From positions 9,313-73,312 of the forward strand of contig JAZKFG010000005.1 of assembly GCA_040386515.1 (NCBI GenBank): a stretch of DNA of 64,000 bases, read 5' to 3'. A program made the position numbers and the translations under genes. This DNA is from Patescibacteria group bacterium. GTDB taxonomy: Bacteria; Patescibacteriota; Minisyncoccia; Phycocordibacterales; CAIZLB01. The number at the start of each line of letters is the position of its first letter. The first letter of the stretch is position 1. Under the pieces are notes generated by a model that was given only the letters and a program-made list of their open reading frames with translations, was not told the DNA's origin and did no database searches. Shown piece after piece: positions 40,352 to 50,348 of the stretch.

Positions 40352-40963
40352 TTAAGCAGGCAAATGAGATCGAATGAGTGCTTGCACTTCTTCAATACTG
40401 CCTTCGCCTGGAATTTGAACGAAATCAAATCGCGGATTTGCTTTAAAGTATTCAACAGCCTGCATCACTTCAGTTTCAAACCAGTGTGATCGAAGCTCAA
40501 GTTGTTCTTTTGTCTGATCATCAACTCGCCCACGCTCATGCATACGAGCAACAGACCAGTCATGACTCACATCTAAGAATACGATTTTTGGTTTTACAAA
40601 AAGTGTTTCGTCGAATCTATTGTAAAATGACAAAGCATCTTCAATAATTTTTGCTTCTGTAAGAGATCGAGGAGCACCGTCGAACATAATATGCTCTTCG
40701 GCTGTATAGTCTTTACACAAGATATATCCCCACATGCTTATGGCAAGAAATTCAGGTTCTCGTCTTCCCTCAAGATATGCTTGCTTTGCAAGATTTCCAG
40801 AAACTGTTTTTTCTTCGATAAATGAACGAAAATACACACCTGTTTCTATGTGAATCATTTGCGCATTTGCATCTTGCTGCTTAAAGTATTCTTCTAAAAG
40901 CTTTATCTGAGTACCCTTTCCTGAACCAGAGCGACCAATGCATATTATAGTTTGAGGTAACAT
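40352..40963 (-). CDS. adk: Adenylate kinase-like NMP kinase (start 40963 or 40969)
   Basis: GRSGSGKGTQ, DGAPR, RGRVDD; located between secY and map. Confidence 0.88.
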   Translation of the reverse strand: MLPQTIICIGRSGSGKGTQIKLLEEYFKQQDANAQMIHIETGVYFRSFIEEKTVSGNLAKQAYLEGRREPEFLAISMWGYILCKDYTAEEHIMFDGAPRSLTEAKIIEDALSFYNRFDETLFVKPKIVFLDVSHDWSVARMHERGRVDDQTKEQLELRSHWFETEVMQAVEYFKANPRFDFVQIPGEGSIEEVQALIRSHLPA

Positions 40964-40989
40964 ATGCATTAAGTATACAATATTATTTC

Positions 40990-42264
40990 TTAATACTCTC
41001 GCATTCCGATCTGAGCATCTGTCTTTTTGATGATATCAATGATAGTTGAAACCACGATAAGCACTCCAGTTCCTCCGATTGTAATAGACGCAATTCCAGT
41101 GAATGACTGTACAATACTTGGCAGAATTGCAATCAATCCTAGGAATAGGGCTCCAACAAGAGTTGTTCGAGTTACGATCTTTGACAAATAATCAATTGTT
41201 GCATCTCCTGGTCGAATACCTGGAACAAATGCTCCGCCTCGCTGTAGGTTTTCTGATATTTTCTTTGGATCAAATGTGATCGCTGTGTAGAAGTACGTAA
41301 AGAAGAATACAAGAAGGAAATACAATATTCCGTGTACAAGTGCATTTTGCAACCAGTATGACAAGAATGTTCCAGCATTTGCCAAGAAAGGCACACTTGA
41401 AGTCTTGATAAAGTTTGCGATAAATGATGGGAACATCAAAAGTGTAAGCGCAAAGATAATTGGCATTACTCCAGCTTGGTTTAGACGAATTGGAATATAT
41501 GTCTGAGTACTTCCTGCTCCCTGACTTGCAGATGAACGAGCCTGACGAGCATATGTAACTGCAACAAGTCTTTCTGCCTCAGTGATGTAAATAATTGCTG
41601 CGATAGCAAGAATTACAAGTACAACCATTGCAATAAGCGTTGGAGCTTGTGATGGGTCATATGTTGCAATTACTCGAGACAATGCTTGTGGAAATCCTGA
41701 GATAATACCTGTTGCAATAATAAGAGATATACCATTTCCAATACCAAATTCTGTAAGTCGTTCACCAATCCACATAAGGAGTACTGATGAGGCAACTACA
41801 ATGATACCGATTTGAATAAATCCAAATGCTGACAATGCACCAAATACATCTGGAGATTGCTTGCTGATAATTGCTACAAGACTAAATGTCTGAATAAGCG
41901 CAAGCGGCACAGTAAGCATTCGACTATATTGTGAAAGCTTCTGTCGTCCAGCAGCTCCTTCTTCTTGCTGTAATTCCTTCATTCGAGGGAATATCATAGT
42001 CATCAACTGAACAATGATAGACGCAGTGATGTATGGTCCAGCTCCAAGCATAAGAATTGATAGACTTGAAAGTCCACCTCCTGAGAATAGGTTAAGAACC
42101 TGGAAGAAACTATTGTCTCCAAGAAATCGTTCAAGTGCCAGAGTGTTAACTCCAGGAACTGGAATAGCTGATAACGCACGAAAAACTATAAGCATGCCGA
42201 GTATGAAGAATACTCGATTACGTATAGTTTTTTCGGCGAAAATTGTTTTTAGTTTAGTTAGCAT
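40990..42264 (-). CDS. secY: Preprotein translocase SecY
   Basis: IPVPG, PYITASII, GIGNGISL, AGVMPIIFA, PGIRPG. Confidence 0.98.
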   Translation of the reverse strand: MLTKLKTIFAEKTIRNRVFFILGMLIVFRALSAIPVPGVNTLALERFLGDNSFFQVLNLFSGGGLSSLSILMLGAGPYITASIIVQLMTMIFPRMKELQQEEGAAGRQKLSQYSRMLTVPLALIQTFSLVAIISKQSPDVFGALSAFGFIQIGIIVVASSVLLMWIGERLTEFGIGNGISLIIATGIISGFPQALSRVIATYDPSQAPTLIAMVVLVILAIAAIIYITEAERLVAVTYARQARSSASQGAGSTQTYIPIRLNQAGVMPIIFALTLLMFPSFIANFIKTSSVPFLANAGTFLSYWLQNALVHGILYFLLVFFFTYFYTAITFDPKKISENLQRGGAFVPGIRPGDATIDYLSKIVTRTTLVGALFLGLIAILPSIVQSFTGIASITIGGTGVLIVVSTIIDIIKKTDAQIGMREY

Positions 42265-42697
42265 ATACTTTTCCTCCTGCTTTTTCTATCTTTTCGATAG
42301 CAGATGCAGAAACTGCAACTTTTTTAAATGTTAAGGCCTGAGTAATTTCTCCTGTACCTAGTACTTTAATACTTGGAACTTTTCCTTTTACAAGCTCAAC
42401 TAGTTTAAGGTCAACAAACTTTTTAGGTGTAAGAACTGTGTTAGCCTCTACCTGCGATAAATCTTTAAGATTTACAATGATAGGCTTAATCTCGAAAGAT
42501 TTGTTCATGTTCTTTCCTCGTCCTCGTAGTTTAGGAATTTTCTTAATAACTTCTCGGATCTCTGGACGCATTTTTCGTCCGGCACGTGATGCCTGACCTT
42601 TTTGTCCACGACCTGAAGTCTTTCCTCTTTTACTTCCTCGTCCTACCTGCTGTTTTGTTTTTCTTTGTGTATTTCTTTTAAGTGTATGTAATTGCAT
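42254..42697 (-). CDS. rplO: 50S ribosomal protein L15
   Basis: GRGSKRGKTSGRGQKGQ, KIEKAGG. Confidence 0.96.
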   Translation of the reverse strand: MQLHTLKRNTQRKTKQQVGRGSKRGKTSGRGQKGQASRAGRKMRPEIREVIKKIPKLRGRGKNMNKSFEIKPIIVNLKDLSQVEANTVLTPKKFVDLKLVELVKGKVPSIKVLGTGEITQALTFKKVAVSASAIEKIEKAGGKVYAN

Positions 42698-42701
42698 ATG
42701 T

Positions 42702-43346
42702 TTACTTTAAATGTTTAACTTTTTTACTTGTAGACAGCATTGACAGAGCAAGGATAGCAGCCTGAGCATTGTTCATTCGGTTTTTTGTACCTGAACGTAG
42801 CTTTCCGATAACATCCTTAATTCCTGCAATCTCGATTACATCACGAACTGATGAACCTGCTACGATTCCCTTTCCTGGTGCTGGTCGGATTTCAACTCGT
42901 GCAGATGAGAATTTTGCAGCAACTTCGTGTGGAATCATTCCATCTTTGTTTAGAGGAATTCGGATAAGATTTTTCTTTGCTTTTCGGTATGCCTTATCAA
43001 CTGCAGCTGCAGTATCAAGTCCTTTACCTGTTCCAAATCCTACTCGTCCTTTTTTGTCTCCAGCAATAACTGCTACAGCAAAACTAAACTTTCGTCCTCC
43101 TGAAGTAACTCGAGTTACTCGTCGAATATCAACGATTTTCTGATCAAATTCTGGCTTTGGTTTAGGCTCTCGCTTTGGACCTCCTCTTCTGTCTCCTCGA
43201 TCTGGTCGTGGATTCTTTCGGAAAGTTCTCTGGTCAGAAGGTGCTGATGCTTCAGTAGACGCAGGTGCAGCAGAAGCAGTCTCAGTAGGAGTAGTAACCT
43301 CTGTTGTTTCTTCGTTTGTTTGTGTTGGCTCTATTATATCTGTCAT
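42702..43346 (-). CDS. rpsE: 30S ribosomal protein S5 (N-terminal extension)
   Basis: RRVTRVTSGGRKFSF, PAPGKGIVAG. Confidence 0.96.
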   Translation of the reverse strand: MTDIIEPTQTNEETTEVTTPTETASAAPASTEASAPSDQRTFRKNPRPDRGDRRGGPKREPKPKPEFDQKIVDIRRVTRVTSGGRKFSFAVAVIAGDKKGRVGFGTGKGLDTAAAVDKAYRKAKKNLIRIPLNKDGMIPHEVAAKFSSARVEIRPAPGKGIVAGSSVRDVIEIAGIKDVIGKLRSGTKNRMNNAQAAILALSMLSTSKKVKHLK

Positions 43347-43380
43347 ATGTGTTTATTATCTATGTATACTATGTATGTGA

Positions 43381-43722
43381 TTAAAATTCTAGTCCCGCTT
43401 CTCGAGCAGCGTCGGCTAATGCAAGCACTCTTCCTGTAAAGATGTACCCGTTTCGATCAAATACAACCTTAGTTATATTCTTAGCTTTTGCAGCTTTTGC
43501 TAATTCCTGTCCAACTTTTGTAGCTGAATTCATCTTTGTATCTTTCATTGCAGATGAATTAGCCTGTGCAAGAGTTGTTCCTGTCATATCGTCAATAAGC
43601 TGTGCATAGATAGCCTTGTTAGACTTGAATACAGTTAGTCGTGGTCGTTCTGCAGTTCCACTAACTTTTGAACGTATTCTATTTTTGATTCTGTCTCTAC
43701 TTGAGAGGTATATTTTTTTCAT
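43381..43722 (-). CDS. rplR: 50S ribosomal protein L18
   Basis: [25 protein letters not shown]. Confidence 0.97.
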   Translation of the reverse strand: MKKIYLSSRDRIKNRIRSKVSGTAERPRLTVFKSNKAIYAQLIDDMTGTTLAQANSSAMKDTKMNSATKVGQELAKAAKAKNITKVVFDRNGYIFTGRVLALADAAREAGLEF

Positions 43723-43745
43723 ATATGTGATTTATTTAAATTAAA

Positions 43746-44279
43746 CTATGCAGCTTTTTTACCTTGTTTTCGTAATATAACTTCACCTTCATATCTAAAT
43801 CCTTTTCCTTTATACGGTTCAGGTTTCTTTAGAGAACGAATTTTAGCAGCAAAGCCTCCAACTGATTCTTTGTCGATACTTGTAAATGTAAAGACACCCT
43901 TTTCAGAAGTTACTGTTACATCACTTGGAATTTCAACTTTTGTTGGATGTGAAAATCCAAGAGCAAGGTTTAGGATATTTCCCTGAACATCACCTTTGTA
44001 TCCAACTCCTTCTAGAATTAGTTTTTTCACAAATGGAGTATTAACACCTTCAATCATGTTTTTAACATGTGATGCGTATGTTCCCCAAAGTGATCTACCA
44101 AAAGAAGTATTTTGCTTGTGAACAAAAGAAACTTTATCCCCTTCAATCACAATATCAACTATTGGTAATATCTTTTTTGAAATTTCACCTTTTGGACCTT
44201 TTACAGTCACCATTCCATCTGCAACAGTAACTGTTGTTCCATTAGGTATTTGTAGTATTTGTTTTCCGATTCTTGACAT
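43746..44279 (-). CDS. rplF: 50S ribosomal protein L6
   Basis: MSRIGK, PEPYKGKG. Confidence 0.97.
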   Translation of the reverse strand: MSRIGKQILQIPNGTTVTVADGMVTVKGPKGEISKKILPIVDIVIEGDKVSFVHKQNTSFGRSLWGTYASHVKNMIEGVNTPFVKKLILEGVGYKGDVQGNILNLALGFSHPTKVEIPSDVTVTSEKGVFTFTSIDKESVGGFAAKIRSLKKPEPYKGKGFRYEGEVILRKQGKKAA

Positions 44280-44387
44280 ATGTTTTTAGTATTATTTCGT
44301 ACTTTTGCAGTATATAACTTATAAAGTAGAAGATCTTTAGCTTATGCAAGGCGCTCCTGTGCCTCAATCCCTTGCGGGATTGTTTTG

Positions 44388-44780
44388 TTACCAGATCTTG
44401 AAGAGAAACTCTCCTCCAACTTTCTGACTTCGAACTTCTGAATCAGATAGTACTCCTTTTGGTGTACTTACCAGTAATGCTCCGTATCCATTTTTTACCT
44501 GGTGAGCATCAAGGTATGATCCATACATTCGTCGTGAGAATTTTGAAAGCTGGTGTACACCTGTGATCCGAGGCTTTCCATCTGCTTCGTATAGCATTCC
44601 AACTTCGATGTATTGAATTGGTGCAGTTCCTGTAACTTTCACTTTTCCAACGAACCCAAGTGCTGAAAGCTTCTCAAGTACAGCCTGTCTAAATTTTGAA
44701 AAACCAAATGTAACCACCTCTTTTCCTGCAAGGTTACCTGTTTTCAAGTTATTTATTATTTGTGATATTCCGTGATTCAT
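44388..44780 (-). CDS. rpsH: 30S ribosomal protein S8
   Basis: SKFSRRMY, STPKG, VGGE. Confidence 0.93.
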   Translation of the reverse strand: MNHGISQIINNLKTGNLAGKEVVTFGFSKFRQAVLEKLSALGFVGKVKVTGTAPIQYIEVGMLYEADGKPRITGVHQLSKFSRRMYGSYLDAHQVKNGYGALLVSTPKGVLSDSEVRSQKVGGEFLFKIW

Positions 44781-44822
44781 ATATTTATATTTACTTTATC
44801 TTAATAGTGAAGTTATTGACTG

Positions 44823-45008
44823 TTACCATGATGATTTTTTAATACCTGGGATCATTCCTTCGTTTGCAAGCTCTCTAAAGCAAATTCGGCAAAGATCGAA
44901 GTCTCTCATGTATCCTCGCTTTCGTCCACATTTAAAACATCGACGAACTACTCGACTTTTAAACTTTGGTGTTTTTTTTGCTCTTTCAATTACTGATTTT
45001 TTTGCCAT
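44823..45008 (-). CDS. rpsN: 30S ribosomal protein S14, zinc-binding type
   Basis: CFKCGR...LCRICFRE...PG..KSSW. Confidence 0.97.
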   Translation of the reverse strand: MAKKSVIERAKKTPKFKSRVVRRCFKCGRKRGYMRDFDLCRICFRELANEGMIPGIKKSSW

Positions 45009-45025
45009 GATATTTTCTTATATTA

Positions 45026-45583
45026 TTATTTCTTTTTTTCGTCTGCTTTTTTAAATAGGAATCCAAGAGTATCCAAAAATGCTTTTGTCTCCGGAGCTGC
45101 CTTACTTGTCGTAACAACAGTTACCCCTAGACTAAACACGTCTGCAATATTCTCATCTGATGTTTCAGGGAATACAGTATGTTCTTTAATACCGAATGAA
45201 AAGTTACCCATTGGGTCAACTCCAGTTGCAGCAATACCTCGGAAGTCTTTTGTTCGTGGAAGACCAATATTTACAACTTTCTCAAGGAAAGACCACATCT
45301 TTTCTCCTCGCAATGTTACTTTGTATCCTGATGGATCTCCAGCTCGTAGTTTAAATGTTGCAATTGACTGCTTAGCTGTTGTCGTAACAGGCTTCTGTCC
45401 TGTGATTTTTGTTACTCGATCAAGCATAAGCTCTTTCTTCTTTGCATCTTTGATAGATCCAATAGTTGTACTTACAATAACCTTCTCAATTCGAGGAGCT
45501 TGTAATTTGTTAGTATATTTGAAATCCTTTTTAAGGTGATCAAATGCTTTTTTTGCTTTTTCTTTTACAGTTGTGTGTGACAT
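45026..45583 (-). CDS. rplE: 50S ribosomal protein L5
   Basis: ITGQKP, FKLR, KVTLRG, DFRG. Confidence 0.97.
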   Translation of the reverse strand: MSHTTVKEKAKKAFDHLKKDFKYTNKLQAPRIEKVIVSTTIGSIKDAKKKELMLDRVTKITGQKPVTTTAKQSIATFKLRAGDPSGYKVTLRGEKMWSFLEKVVNIGLPRTKDFRGIAATGVDPMGNFSFGIKEHTVFPETSDENIADVFSLGVTVVTTSKAAPETKAFLDTLGFLFKKADEKKK

Positions 45584-45606
45584 ATATGTATTATTATTTT
45601 ACAGGA

Positions 45607-45822
45607 TTATTTCACGAGTGAAACGTTTGATATATGAATAGGATGCGAAACTTCTACAAGCTGTCCTTTCTGTCCTTCTTTTGTTCCTTTCTTATGCACT
45701 TTTTTCATATTAATACCCTCAACAAGAACTTTTCCTTCTTTTGCAAGAACAGTCAAAACAGTAGCTGTCTTGCCTTTGTCGTCTCCTGCGAGTATTTTTA
45801 CTGTGTTTCCTTTTTTTATCAT
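45607..45822 (-). CDS. rplX: 50S ribosomal protein L24 (short form)
   Basis: KOW motif GDDKGK, PIHISNV. Confidence 0.95.
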   Translation of the reverse strand: MIKKGNTVKILAGDDKGKTATVLTVLAKEGKVLVEGINMKKVHKKGTKEGQKGQLVEVSHPIHISNVSLVK

Positions 45823-45861
45823 ACGTTTATTATTATGTTATTTAAATTATTTACACGTGCG

Positions 45862-46233
45862 CTATACAATTTCGGGTGCTTTTGAAGCAATAGTCTGATA
45901 TCCTCGTTCTGCAATCTCTCGTGGGATTGGACCGAAAATTCGTCCTGCAATTGGCTCACCTTTTGTCTTGTCGATAAGAACTACTGCATTTTCGTCAAAA
46001 CGAACATATGATCCGTCTTTTCGTCGAATTGCTTTTCGTGTTCGAACAACAACTGCTTTGTGCACGTCTTTTCTTTTTGTTCCCTTTCGAGGTTCTGCTT
46101 TCTGAACAGCAAGGATAACAGTGTCGCCGATATGTGCATATCGTCTCTTTGATGATCCAAGTACTTTAAATACTCGACCGATCTTTGCGCCTGAGTTATC
46201 TGCTATTGCTACTATTGTTTGTGGTTGTATCAT
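45862..46233 (-). CDS. rplN: 50S ribosomal protein L14
   Basis: ADNSGA, FDENAVV, RIFGP. Confidence 0.98.
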   Translation of the reverse strand: MIQPQTIVAIADNSGAKIGRVFKVLGSSKRRYAHIGDTVILAVQKAEPRKGTKRKDVHKAVVVRTRKAIRRKDGSYVRFDENAVVLIDKTKGEPIAGRIFGPIPREIAERGYQTIASKAPEIV

Positions 46234-46237
46234 ATAT

Positions 46238-46483
46238 TTATTTTACTAGAGTAAATCTTTTATCTTTTGATATTGGAGCTGTCTCTATGATTTTAACCAT
46301 ATCTCCAATTTTTTTAGTATTTCCAGCATCGTGTGCCTTATACTTTTTTGAGATAGTTACGAATTTCTGATATTTTGACATCTTTACATATCGGTCAACT
46401 TTAACCACGATAGTATCTGTCATCTTGTCAGATGTTACTACTCCTTCCAGTATTTTTTTATTTGTTGTTACTTCTTTTTTCAT
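46238..46483 (-). CDS. rpsQ: 30S ribosomal protein S17
   Basis: GVVTSDKM, AHD, PISKDK. Confidence 0.96.
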   Translation of the reverse strand: MKKEVTTNKKILEGVVTSDKMTDTIVVKVDRYVKMSKYQKFVTISKKYKAHDAGNTKKIGDMVKIIETAPISKDKRFTLVK

Positions 46484-46500
46484 ATGTTTATATAAATATA

Positions 46501-46923
46501 TTATCGTGATACCATTTTTGTCTTAACAGGAAGCTTTGAGTTAGCTTTTCTGAATGCTTCTTTTGCAATCTCTGGAGTTACTCCATCAACTTCAAATAAC
46601 ATACGTCCTGCATATGTCTCAAAACAGAATCCATCTGGCTCTCCTTTTCCTGATCCCATCGGTACTTCAGCAGCTTTTTTTGTAAATGGTCTGTCAGGGA
46701 AAATTCGTGTCCAAATTCGTCCAGTTTTACCTAGAGTTTTTGCAATAACTTTTCGAGCAGATTCGATCTGGTTTGAAGTTATACGTGACTGAGTAACAGC
46801 CATAAGACCGTGAGCTCCGTTTGCTAGTGTAAGGCCACGTGTTTCCACTTTAGAACTCAACACTTTAGGATTGCGTCGAGTAACTTGCCATTTTCGATGT
46901 TTTACTTTTTTTGGGAATAACAT
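46501..46923 (-). CDS. rplP: 50S ribosomal protein L16
   Basis: QIESAR, RIFPD, MGSGKG, KLPVK. Confidence 0.97.
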   Translation of the reverse strand: MLFPKKVKHRKWQVTRRNPKVLSSKVETRGLTLANGAHGLMAVTQSRITSNQIESARKVIAKTLGKTGRIWTRIFPDRPFTKKAAEVPMGSGKGEPDGFCFETYAGRMLFEVDGVTPEIAKEAFRKANSKLPVKTKMVSR

Positions 46924-46944
46924 AGTAGTATATTATTTATTTAA

Positions 46945-47610
46945 TTATCGAGTTAATCCTTTCTCAAAGATATCTCCTTTATAAATCCACACCTTGATAC
47001 CAATATCTCCGTACAACATGTGTGCTTTGTTTCGAGCAAAGTCGATATCAGCTCGAAGAGTCTGTAGAGGCACTCGTCCTCGTTTGATTTCTTCACTTCG
47101 TGCCATATCTGCTCCACCTAGACGTCCACCAAGGTAGATTCGAACTCCCTTGATATCTTTAACGGCCATAACTTTTTCAACCATTTGTTTTAGGACTCGT
47201 CGGTATGGAAGTCGCTTCTCAATACCTTCAGCAATCATTTGACTTACAATTGCAGAGTTTGCTTCTGCATTTTTAATTTCAACAACTTCAACCTGTAGAT
47301 TTGGTTTTACCTCACCTGACTTGATAAGAATTTTCTCAAGTGCTGCTTTGATTTTAATAACACCCTCACCACTTTTACCAATCACAATACCTGGTCGTGA
47401 TGTGTTAATAATAACTTTAATCACTTTTGTATTTCGCTCGATTTCTACAAGTCCAATAAATTGACCCTTAAGATTTTTCTCAAGCCATTCTCGCATTACG
47501 ATATCTCCTCGAAAATGCTTTCGGAAATCAGCGTTAAGAGAAAACCATCGAGATTTCCAGTCTTTTGTGATACCAAGTCTATGTGCGTACGGATGAACAA
47601 TTTTTGTCAT
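46945..47610 (-). CDS. rpsC: 30S ribosomal protein S3 (start ATG 47610)
   Basis: HPYAHRLG, RPGIVIG, GRLGGA, PLQTLRADID. Confidence 0.97.
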   Translation of the reverse strand: MTKIVHPYAHRLGITKDWKSRWFSLNADFRKHFRGDIVMREWLEKNLKGQFIGLVEIERNTKVIKVIINTSRPGIVIGKSGEGVIKIKAALEKILIKSGEVKPNLQVEVVEIKNAEANSAIVSQMIAEGIEKRLPYRRVLKQMVEKVMAVKDIKGVRIYLGGRLGGADMARSEEIKRGRVPLQTLRADIDFARNKAHMLYGDIGIKVWIYKGDIFEKGLTR

Positions 47611-47632
47611 ATGATTGAATAGTGTGTTTAAA

Positions 47633-47998
47633 TTATTTTGTTTTCTTGTTAGCTTTAACTTTTGCCTTTGGATGATCACCTACTGCAAGAGTAACAACAA
47701 TATGAGAAGTTCTCTTATTGATTCGAGCACCTACACCTCGAGCTCGTGGCATCATTCTTTTAAGAACAAACCCTTCGTCAACAGTGATGTTTTTGATTCG
47801 TAGTGTTCCTACTTCATTTCCAGCATGCACTGCGTTTGCAATAGCACTCTCAAGAAGCTTTTTGATAACTGGAACAACTCGCTTTGGTGTAAAGTTTAGT
47901 GTGTTAAGAGCAGCGTCAACTTTCTTACCTTTAACAAGGTCAGTTACAAGTCTAACTTTTCTAGGTGATTGTCGATAATTTTTAAGTATTGCTTTCAT
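47633..47998 (-). CDS. rplV: 50S ribosomal protein L22
   Basis: SPRKVRLV, SAIANA, PRARG, SHI. Confidence 0.97.
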   Translation of the reverse strand: MKAILKNYRQSPRKVRLVTDLVKGKKVDAALNTLNFTPKRVVPVIKKLLESAIANAVHAGNEVGTLRIKNITVDEGFVLKRMMPRARGVGARINKRTSHIVVTLAVGDHPKAKVKANKKTK

Positions 47999-48027
47999 AA
48001 ATTTGAGATGTATTGATTAACGGACGA

Positions 48028-48375
48028 CTATTTTTTCTTTGCGGCTGCAGGAGCTGCCTTTGCTGACTTAGCAGCTGTAATTTCAGCTTGCTTCTTAGCA
48101 GCATCTTGCTCTTTCTGCATCTTTCCTCCATGACGAGTAAATTTACGAGTTAGAGAGAATTCACCAAGTCTATGACCTACCATATCTTCAGTTACAAGAA
48201 CTTCAACATGAACACGTCCATTGTGTACTCCGAAAGTAAATCCAATCATTTCAGGTGAAATAGTACTGCTTCGGTACCATGTTTTGATAACGCCAGCTTG
48301 TGCAGGAGTCTTACCCTCTATTTTCTTTAGAAGTCTTTCTGCGATATATGGGCCTTTTGATAGTGATCTTGTCAT
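48028..48375 (-). CDS. rpsS: 30S ribosomal protein S19 with Ala/Lys-rich tail
   Basis: RSLSKGPY, VHNG, MVGHRLGEF. Confidence 0.97.
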   Translation of the reverse strand: MTRSLSKGPYIAERLLKKIEGKTPAQAGVIKTWYRSSTISPEMIGFTFGVHNGRVHVEVLVTEDMVGHRLGEFSLTRKFTRHGGKMQKEQDAAKKQAEITAAKSAKAAPAAAKKK

Positions 48376-48430
48376 ATTATTTGTCTTTTGTGTCTATTGA
48401 TATTAGCAATTTATTGTGATTTAGTCAATG

Positions 48431-49264
48431 TTATTTCTTTTTTCGTCTTGAAACGATAAGGCGATTTGAGTATTTCTTAGGAGTTCGAGATTTCTGTCCT
48501 TTTCCAGTTGGTTTACCGTAAATTGAGATAGCTCGTCTTCGTCCTCGTCCTTGTCGTCCTTCACCTCCTCCGTGTGGGTGATCTACTGGGTTCATGGCTG
48601 TACCTCGAACTGTCGGTCGAATACCTTTCCATCGACTCTTTCCGGCTTTACCGAAGTTCTGAAGATGACTTTCTTCATTTGAAACTTCTCCGATAGATGC
48701 GCAGGCAGTATCGATAATCTTTCGAACCTCAGATGAAGGCATTTTTACTAGTGCGTATCCAGCATCATGGGCTACGATTTGAGCATAGTTACCAGCTGAT
48801 CGAACAAGCTTTCCACCTCCTTGTGGCTTTAGTTCAATATTATAAATGTTTGTTCCTACAGGAATGTTTTTCAAAACCATTCGACATGCAAGCTTAACCT
48901 CTGTTTTCTCTCCTACAACAAATGTATCACCAACTTTGATACTTTTTGGAGCAATAATGTATCGCTTCTCACCATCTTCATACTGTACCAGAGAAATAAA
49001 GGCAGTTCGGTTTGGATCGTATTCAATTGAAACAATTTTTGCAGGAATATTCTTTTTATCGTATTTAAAGTCAATTTCTCGATAACTTCTTTTGTTACCT
49101 CCTCCTTTGTGACGAGTTGTGATTCTACCTGTGTTGTTTCTTCCAACAGATCGCATTCGACCGTATGTAAGAGCCTTGTGAGGTGTACTTGTAGTCAAGA
49201 TGTCACCATACTCGATGGTAACCATATTTCTTCTTGACGCTGATCGTGGACTATATCTTTTCAT
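48431..49264 (-). CDS. rplB: 50S ribosomal protein L2
   Basis: GRNNTGRIT, EYDPNR, MNPVDHPHGGGEG. Confidence 0.98.
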   Translation of the reverse strand: MKRYSPRSASRRNMVTIEYGDILTTSTPHKALTYGRMRSVGRNNTGRITTRHKGGGNKRSYREIDFKYDKKNIPAKIVSIEYDPNRTAFISLVQYEDGEKRYIIAPKSIKVGDTFVVGEKTEVKLACRMVLKNIPVGTNIYNIELKPQGGGKLVRSAGNYAQIVAHDAGYALVKMPSSEVRKIIDTACASIGEVSNEESHLQNFGKAGKSRWKGIRPTVRGTAMNPVDHPHGGGEGRQGRGRRRAISIYGKPTGKGQKSRTPKKYSNRLIVSRRKKK

Positions 49265-49300
49265 ATGTTTTATATATTGTGTGTAAAATTATAAGCTGTA

Positions 49301-49576
49301 TTATGCAATGTCTATCTTGTCACCTTTTTTAAGTGTAAGAATTGCTTTTTTAAATCCTGAAACTCGACCTGGTCTACCTCGTCGAAGTACATTTCGAGGC
49401 TGAGTGTTCACAATGTTAATCTTAATAGGACTAACTTTGTAAGTCAGTTTTACCTCCTGTCGTAGGTTATCCTTATTAGCATTTTGTGACACAAGAAAGA
49501 TGTACTTATTTTTATCAGTACTTATCATTGCCTTCTCAGTTACTCTTGGTTTTATTATGTAGGTTTCTTTTTTCAT
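49301..49576 (-). CDS. rplW: 50S ribosomal protein L23
   Basis: PRVTEKA, KKAILTL. Confidence 0.95.
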   Translation of the reverse strand: MKKETYIIKPRVTEKAMISTDKNKYIFLVSQNANKDNLRQEVKLTYKVSPIKINIVNTQPRNVLRRGRPGRVSGFKKAILTLKKGDKIDIA

Positions 49577-49595
49577 ATATGTACTATTACGCTGC

Positions 49596-50312
49596 TTATG
49601 CTTTATTAAATCTTTCTACAAGACTATCGATTGATTCTTTTGGCGATACAAAAACGATATATTTGTATTTTGAAACAATCAGAGGGTTAATACTTGAAAC
49701 TGTCTGAACTTCGATGTTTTTAAAGTTTCGAGCACTCAAGATAGTATTCATATCATGTGATGGAGTAACGATAAGTGCAGCGTTATGCTTTTTTGAAGCA
49801 AGAGTTGTAAATGAATCGTTTGCACCAGCAAGATTAGCGATCAAAGATTTGATTTCTGTAGTCTTTGGAGTTGTGATTGCTAGAGTATCTAGGAAAATGA
49901 TTTCTGAGTCAGAAAACTTCTTAGAAAGAATAGTTGCAATAGCTTTATCTTTAGCTTTCTTGTTTACTTTTCTGTCGAAGTTTTTATCATTTCGAGGACC
50001 GTGAGCTACACCTCCACCTACCCAGATAGGAGATCGTGAAGATCCGTGTCGTGCTCGACCTGTACCTTTTTGTCTCCATGGCTTCTTTCCTCCTCCAGAT
50101 ACTTCACCTCGTGTTCGAACGTGCGCGAAAGGATGTCGAGCAGATGTCTGAAGAGATGTGATAACCTGGTGAACAAGGTCACCGTTCCATGATAGTCCAA
50201 AACATGATTCTGGAAGTGCAATAGTTCCTGCAGCCTTTCCTTCTTTAGATAGGATTGGAGCATTGAAATCTACTACTTTTTTTGTCTTTTTTTCTTGTGT
50301 TGTCTTTGTCAT
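49596..50312 (-). CDS. rplD: 50S ribosomal protein L4
   Basis: RGEVSGGGKKPWRQKGTGRARHGS. Confidence 0.98.
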   Translation of the reverse strand: MTKTTQEKKTKKVVDFNAPILSKEGKAAGTIALPESCFGLSWNGDLVHQVITSLQTSARHPFAHVRTRGEVSGGGKKPWRQKGTGRARHGSSRSPIWVGGGVAHGPRNDKNFDRKVNKKAKDKAIATILSKKFSDSEIIFLDTLAITTPKTTEIKSLIANLAGANDSFTTLASKKHNAALIVTPSHDMNTILSARNFKNIEVQTVSSINPLIVSKYKYIVFVSPKESIDSLVERFNKA

Positions 50313-50348
50313 ATATTTTTTGTGATACTACAGTATAAATTGCGCTAA

